From Octopus vulgaris (taxonomy: Eukaryota), in the NCBI GenBank assembly GCA_951406725.2, contig OX597826.1, positions 41,912,001-41,976,000 on the forward strand: a stretch of 64,000 bases of DNA, in the 5' to 3' direction. The notes beneath the pieces are model-generated. The model saw only the letters and a program-made list of their open reading frames with translations, had not been told where the DNA came from and did not search any database. Made by a program: the position numbers and the translations under genes. Positions 56,582 to 64,000 of this stretch are shown here, in pieces. Position 1 is the first letter of the stretch. Each line of letters starts with the position of its first letter.

Positions 56582-57379
56582 TTATTAGAAATAAGTTTCT
56601 TACATGGTGGCATGGAGATGTTCAGTCCAGACTGAGGAGACTTACAATCAAATGCTTTCTATGCTATGTCATTCCACCATTTCTTTAGGCAAAGCGTACC
56701 ACGGACGATAGTGTCTTTTTATTTGAAGAAGATTTGGCTGCTATCTCTTGCAAGGAGGATGATCTCATGGAGGTTTCCGCATTGGCTCGGGAGGCTCTTC
56801 CGTGTAAGTACAGGGGGAAGTGAGGTGATACTAAGCATTTTGCCCGGCGTGGTAGCGATTCTGCCAACTCATCGACCGACATTTAAAGCAAAATGGAAGT
56901 GATTGAAGTTATGGATGGGAATTTGCAGTAACAAATGAATGTAGGTTTCGATTGTTGCTTAACTGAACAGAAGGTTGGATCTTTTCAATGAAAAAAGTAT
57001 ACCGCTATTGAAACATGAATAAACAAATATTTCCAAAGAATGGCTATGAAAATGAGTGAATAACAACTGTTCCATGTAGTATTTTCATAATACTCACTTC
57101 AAAAGTATTTTATCATAACAAACGTGGGAACGATTGTGATTTAAAGAGGACATGCCAATAGATACATCGCTGCTGGGAGAATTGAGCGACTGCTCAAGAA
57201 AAGGAGATAGTTTCCAGAAATAATAGATAGAAATGCATACCTTTCACGGCGGAATTGCAAATGTTTTATAACGTGATTCAGATGCATCGTAATTTACAGA
57301 TAATGTCTAATAATATATCTAGCTTGTGAGAGGACATTTTGTAATAATTGAATTAATCGAGTACAGGCAAATAGACACA

Positions 57380-57583
57380 TACTCTTTTACTCTTTTACTT
57401 GTTTCAGTCATTTGACTGCGGCCATGCTGGAGCACCGCCTTTTAGTCGAGCAAATCGACCCCGGGACTTATTCTTTGTAAGCCCAGTACTTATTCTATCG
57501 GTCTCTTTTGCTGAACCGCTAAGTGACGGGGACGTAAACACACCAGCATCGGTTGTCAAGCAATGCTAGGGGGACAAACACAG

Positions 57584-57650
<67 letters not shown>

Positions 57651-57816
57651 TACGACAGGCTTCTTTCAGTTTCCGTCTACCAAATCCACTCACAAGGTAT
57701 TGGTCGGCCCGGGGCTATAGCAGAAGGCACTTGCCCAAGATGCCACGCAGTGGGATTGAACCCGGAACCATGTGGTTGGTTAGCAAGTTACTTACCACAC
57801 ATCCACTCCTGCGCCT
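57380..57816 (-). mobile_element. SINE family A, full length
   Basis: Homology to 8161-8576. Confidence 0.9.
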
Positions 57817-57928
57817 ATACATTCACAATTACATATAAACATAATGCATACATACACATACACTCACATACTCACGTGGATGTGCATATGCATGCACATG
57901 TATATACAATGCTTGCACATATATGTGC

Positions 57929-57959
<31 letters not shown>

Positions 57960-58683
57960 TATACCTGATCTGTAAAGAACAACTGCAAAACTTGAACCAT
58001 GCCACAAGCTTTATTGCAGGTAAACACCCAAGTAACAGAAAGGATTACGGAATGAAACTACCGAAATCTACATAAAATAAAAATGCAACTACAGCCAATT
58101 CTTTAGTAACATCGGAAGTCCTCAGCCAAACTGTCTGACAAGGTCATGTCCTCAACTGGTCATTCTTAGATTGGCATGGGCGAGAGGGATGAAAGCTGAG
58201 AAGAGAAACCGAGGACGTCTTAACGACAGACGAAAAGCTTATATCTTTAAAACGATTTGAAAATCAATTATAAAAAAAAAAAAAACTCAATACAGTAACA
58301 AAGAGTAAAGCTAGATGGAGGAAATATGCGTATTTACTGCACGCGGAAGTAACGGTTAATGAATGATGCTGCTGACGACGATATCTGTGCGTGTGTGTAC
58401 GCGCATGTGTGTGTGTACGTGCATGTGTGTGTGTGTGTGTAGACGCCTATTTTACCAATGTTTGAAGCTTTCCTTCATTCTTTATAATTCAACCACTTCT
58501 TCGTCGAGTCATCTCTGTCACATTCCTCTGTTGTATTCTATTTTTATCTCTTATGAAATCACTGTGTACTTCTGAATACCTCTCCTTACCTCCATCTATC
58601 TGTGTGTGTCCATCTGTCTGTCTGCTCGTCTATCTAGGTATCTCTGCCTGTCTTTATTCATATGTGTATAAATATATATCTGC

Positions 58684-58865
<182 letters not shown>

Positions 58866-58884
58866 ATATATATATATATATATG

Positions 58885-58934
<50 letters not shown>

Positions 58935-58941
58935 CATATAC

Positions 58942-58981
<40 letters not shown>

Positions 58982-59675
58982 ATGCGTGTGTGTGAGAAAA
59001 TGTGTATATATATATATATATTTTCTTCTCTCTCTGAATCTTCTTTCTCCCCTACTCTTCCTCCCAGCTCCCTCCTTCCCACTCTCTCAGACAGACCGCG
59101 TTTCCTCATTTGCTTTTCTTCCTCTTCCTTCTCTTTTGACCGACAATCATTGCTTCCACCCACTCCCACTTCCCCCCCACTGTCTGCTCTCTTTTCGCAA
59201 CTCACTTCCACAGTCTACAAAGAAACACGTAGCAGATACACACAGCATGCATACATACATACATACCTATATATATATGTGTGTATGTGTGTGTGTGTGT
59301 GTGTGCGTATATATATATATATATATATATATGTTTGTTTGTGTGTGTGTATTTGTGTGTATTAAAGTATGCCAGTAATGTTTATATTCTGTCCATACCT
59401 TATTTCCAACCACTGCTCCTCTATCTTCCTCTTTCTTATCCTTCCTTCCTTCTTTCCTTTCTTCCTTCCTTCCTTTCTTGCTTCCTCCTCCTCCTCCTTC
59501 TTCTTCTTCTTCTTCTTCTTCTTCTTCTTCTTCTTCTTCTTCTTCTTCTTCTTCTTCTTCTTCTTCTTCTTCTTCTTCTTCTTCTTCAATTCTCAACTCT
59601 TTCAAGACGCCGATATTTGCCTGTGTGTTTATATATATATATATATATATATGTATATTCTTTTATTATTGTACT

Positions 59676-59705
<30 letters not shown>

Positions 59706-59708
<3 letters not shown>

Positions 59709-59820
59709 GACGGGCTTCTTTTAGTTTCCGTCTACCAAATCCGCTCACAATGCTTTGCTCGGCCCGAGGCTATAGTAGAAGACATCTGCTCATGGTGCCA
59801 CGCAGCGGGACTGATCCCGG
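59706..59820 (-). mobile_element. SINE family A 5'-half fragment
   Basis: ACGACGGGCTTCTTTTAGTTTCCGTCTACCAAATCC..GGGACTGATCCCGG. Confidence 0.85.
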
Positions 59821-59964
59821 ATATATATATATATATGTATGTATATAAATATATATAAAGTTAATCCAAACAAGAAAACAAAAACAAAAAAACAACAACG
59901 CAAGGACGTGGAACAAATAAAGTATTATTGGACGCTCAGGAAAGAAGGGAAGAAGGAGGGTATA

Positions 59965-60091
<127 letters not shown>

Positions 60092-60693
60092 ACAGGTAGA
60101 CAGACAGAGCGATAGAGAGATCGATCGATAGGTTTTAGGATTCAATAGAATCTAGGCCTATCGACACGCAGGATGACAGAAATGGCTGGGTACAATAACA
60201 GCGTTCACAGCGAGGTAAATTACCTATGAAGCTATCCAGGTGTTAGTAGAATACTGTCGATATATAAGTACCAAATCCAGTTTAAAAGGATGTAACTCAC
60301 GTTCGATTCTAGGTGCAGCATATGTATTAAAAGGAATACATGTGTTCTTTTTATATGCCTACACGCGTACATACACACGCACATATGCACACACACGCAC
60401 ACACAAACACACACACATACTCATACACACGCATGCACACATTTGTGTGTGTTTATGTATGTACGTAAGCACCTATATATTTAAGTGTATGCATACATAA
60501 ATATATGCACACGCACACACACACACATACACACATTCATATGTATATATGTATATATAAACACACATCTGTTTCGAATTTTATATTACTATTTTCAATA
60601 CAAAAGATAATATGGTGTTTATAAGTACTTTCAGAGATTTGTGAAATTTCGTTGTCTTTTACAAGGATTGTCGTCATAAATGATAGATATATC

Positions 60694-61111
60694 GGATCTT
60701 TTCGGTTTGAACGGCAGTTTTTAAAAATAATTTCCACGTAACTAAACACTTTTAAACTTCATATACTGGTAGAATGTGTTTATAAAACATCTTTTTCTCT
60801 TGGCTTTATTGAGAAAATTCTATAGTTTGTAATTTCTTCAATTTCTGCAATTTCAACCAATCAATGACGTCTATTGAGGTGAAAACATTCTGTGCCGTAT
60901 GAATATGTCCCTCATTTAAGAAACAGATTTGTGAAGAAAAAAAATACCCTTCCCCCCACACCTAACCCTAACCCTAACCATAACTAACCCTAACTAACCA
61001 TAACCCTAAAACAGATTGAAATGCAATAGATCGATACTAGGGTCATAATTACGGGCGACAATTTCAAATGACACCGCTAGAAAAAAACTGCCGTTCAAAC
61101 CGAAAAGATCC
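60694..61111. mobile_element. MITE with ~29-bp TIRs, 8-bp TSD and internal telomere-like repeats (Merlin-like)
   Basis: GGATCTTTTCGGTTTGAACGGCAGTTTTT and its reverse complement; GATATATC on both flanks; (CCCTAA)-like array at 60961-61007. Confidence 0.85.
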
Positions 61112-62249
61112 GATATATCGATAGTTTTGATTGATTGCTATGTTGTTATATTTCTCTTTGATTGGTTTGTATATAATCAATATTCGAACCTTTCGGTCGC
61201 AGTTATGTAATATGATGAGATAAAATAAAGCTTCTTTTTAACAGAGATTACCTTCGCAGTTAAGCGGGAAACAAGTCTCTCTAAAAATCGTGACAATAAA
61301 GAAAGGGAAACACAAGAATATCAACGAATCGAAATGCTTGTAAAGTGTCGCCAATGTGAATAAGATTTGACACAGGGCCGTTGTAGCAACAGTGCGGGTC
61401 CTTCCCATGGACAAGACGATGCAAAAGATCCTCTGCTCATTTTTATTGGCAGTAAATACAGTATACATAAGATGGAATTGGGTCTCTAGACGTGTGGTGG
61501 GGCAGCTAACTGGTCAGTGCACGCATGCCTTAAGATGGTTCTGAGTACAACCATTTCCAGCTTAGTATTTAGCTTACCAACATATACTCTCATTGGTTTC
61601 ATCGTATATGTACATACATACATGTGAAAAATTATATGGTAATGGACAATATGTCCAATTTTCGGCATATTTGGCATTAGAAACTTTTTCGTTTGCCCTT
61701 ATTTATAAGTTGTTTACATACATACATATATATATACGCGCGCTCTCTCTCTCTCACACACACACACATACACACACACATTTATATATACACATATACA
61801 CGCAAACAAACATATAAACACAAACACATTTACGTACGTGTGTGTTTACGTTCGTCTCAGAGACTGGACGAGTTTTCTAGTCGCTCTGTTTTTTTTTTTA
61901 TTTCTTTAGTCATGTATTTCTCGTGTTTATAAATCTATTTATTCATTTATGGAATAAATAGTTCTAAGTTACTCTTTCTTTTCCTAAGAGACATACCAAT
62001 ACTAACTTAGCTGTTACTAACCTAACATTTTTCTGATTGTTTGAACACTCTCTAATTCACCTTCGGGATATATTTTCATTTATGTATCATATATTTTGAT
62101 GCCGATTACATCCGTTTCTATATCTACATTGACGAGTGTGGATTTAGAAATTGTGACAAAAGATATTCTATAAGCTCTCCAGACAATTTACCTCAATTTT
62201 AGTTAGGATGGATTGCTTGACACGTGAAAGCACAAGCTGATTGCATCCG

Positions 62250-62499
62250 CTTACGTTCTGTGTTCAAATTTCGCTAAGGTCAACGTGACGTTTCATTCTT
62301 GTCGAATAGCTAAAGTCCCGATCTGTCAGACGGTAGTGGTGTCAAATTCCGCCGAGGTCGACTTTGCTTTTCATCCTTTCGGAGTCGATAAATTAAGTAC
62401 CAGTCACGCACTGGGGTCGTTATAATCGACTTAATCCGTTTATCTGTCCTTGTTTGTCCTCTCTGTGTTTAGCCCCATGTTGGTAGTAAAGAAATAGGT
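62250..62499 (+). mobile_element. SINE family B, with a partial older copy upstream
   Basis: TCAAATTCCGCCGAGGTCGACTTTGC..TTTAGCCCC..AGTAAAGAAATAGG. Confidence 0.85.
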
Positions 62500-63334
62500 A
62501 GTGGTGATCGTTGATAGAGGAAGGTGGGAGACGAAACACACAACTGACAGAAAGTATGTACAAGAAAACGGAACTTCCTAGATCTTGCAGGGATGTATAT
62601 GGCACGTATTGCTCTCTGCGTGTCATAGATGAACACTCACAAGGATCACGAAAATGTGCTGGAGCGACGCTTTAAGACGGTGGGATGCGTTATTCTTCGT
62701 TGGAGAAGGCTTTCGTCTGCAGCAAATATCCATTCTCCAGAAGTCACTTATTTGCCTTCTTGTGATATGTGAAATGAAGCAAAATAAGGTGACCCATGTA
62801 TTACACCTTTATCTGCCTTCTTAAAGCAATATTAAAGGATGCTATCCACCCCATAAGAGATAACTTGACAAGATTAAATTTGAAGTCTCCATCCAATAGT
62901 CAACAGGTGAATGCTCAGCTTATCATTCATCTAGTATGAATGCAAGTGTTAAAAGTTATTTACTTAAACACTTTATAGATATAACAATTTCTAAAAACAA
63001 ATTTTTTTCCTCACCATGCTGTAGGTTAAGCTAGCCAAAGCCTGCCTTGTTAAAGTCAACTCCGGAGCTAAACACCACCACTACCACCTCTACCAGAAAT
63101 AGCAAGAATGGATCTTTGTGGTTTTCGTCACTGTTACAATTATCTTTAAAAAATTCTTTTAATGTATCATATAGATGTAATTTCTGACGCTGAATCTGAA
63201 TTCATTTATTCTAGAAAAAAATTGCAAAAAATGTTACACGACTTCAAAGTTTGATAATTTTCAGAATTTTCAGCCTCTTCGATCAGCAGGGTGGGGGTGG
63301 GGGCATCGACATACCAAAACATTAAACTAGCTAC

Positions 63335-63516
63335 GCGAGCAAATTAAATATTTAAAAGATACGAACAAACAAACCAACAGGAGTTGCTAGAAATAACTGT
63401 CAAAACATTAAAATATACACGAGTAAAGTTAATATTAAAACATTTGCGAGCAAATTAAATATTTAAAAGCTACGAACAAGCCAATAGGAGTTGCTAGAAA
63501 TAACAGTCAAAATATT
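63335..63516. repeat. ~75-bp direct repeat x2
   Basis: GCGAGCAAATTAAATATTTAAAAG.TACGAACAA..GGAGTTGCTAGAAATAAC.GTCAAAA. Confidence 0.85.
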
Positions 63517-64000
63517 GTTTAAAAGACACATTTATTAGTTTTAAAAAAATTCAAGAACGAAAGTTTGCAATACACTCTAGGATTTTATAAAATAAACCAT
63601 CTTTCTCGTATCTCCTTCTCTACATAAATTCACAAAGATAAGAGTCAACCATGCCCAAGTACTTTCAATTTGTTAAATGTGAGTCCCATCTGTTATGAAA
63701 ACAAACAATTGTACAACAAGTGGTGGTTATACTCCTTGTGCGCATGCGCAGCATCTTTGGTTACTATGCAAACAAAGTTCTTTGGGATCAGCTGTGGAAC
63801 ACGTGGTCTTTCTTTGTTTTGGTTACTATAGAAATAGATTTCTTCGCCACGATGAAGTCTAAAATACTCGCTTCTGATTGGCTAAAATACTTAATTTTTG
63901 CAAATTTTAATGGCTAATAACTTTTTTTAATTATGGATTTATAAGAAAAATGAGTTTCATTTTCATAATTAGTATACAAAACTTAATCCATATACCAAAT

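Noticed and set aside
57960-58560. Possible host exon or UTR with splice-like signals (also 19280-19560 and 61230-61600)
   Set aside because: No consistent reading frame or recognisable protein; cannot be supported without transcripts
60961-61007. Telomere remnant
   Set aside because: Short, degenerate and enclosed by MITE TIRs

Overview
AT-rich eukaryotic non-coding DNA, saturated with microsatellites (TA, CA, TAA, GAA, CATA, GATA) and interspersed repeats. The repeat content looks like a coleoid cephalopod (Octopus-type) genome; this is inference. No intact host protein-coding gene is supportable, and nearly all ORF-track entries are microsatellite translations. Recognisable content: four tRNA-derived SINE families, decayed LINE 3' ends (RTE, R4/Dong in TAA tracts, I/Ingi-like, Tx1-like), a hATm-like transposase relic, a mariner relic, several MITEs and non-autonomous Helitrons. 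The main hidden signal is a set of about 8 loci with type I hammerhead-ribozyme motifs (CUGANGA...GAAA, palindromic stem III, NUH site). Most lie in foldback or tandem cassettes that abut (TA)n tracts, and a Penelope-type GIY-YIG endonuclease relic lies nearby. Together they suggest a diverse, TA-associated Penelope-like/retrozyme-like ribozyme retroelement system. All alignments and folds were done by eye.
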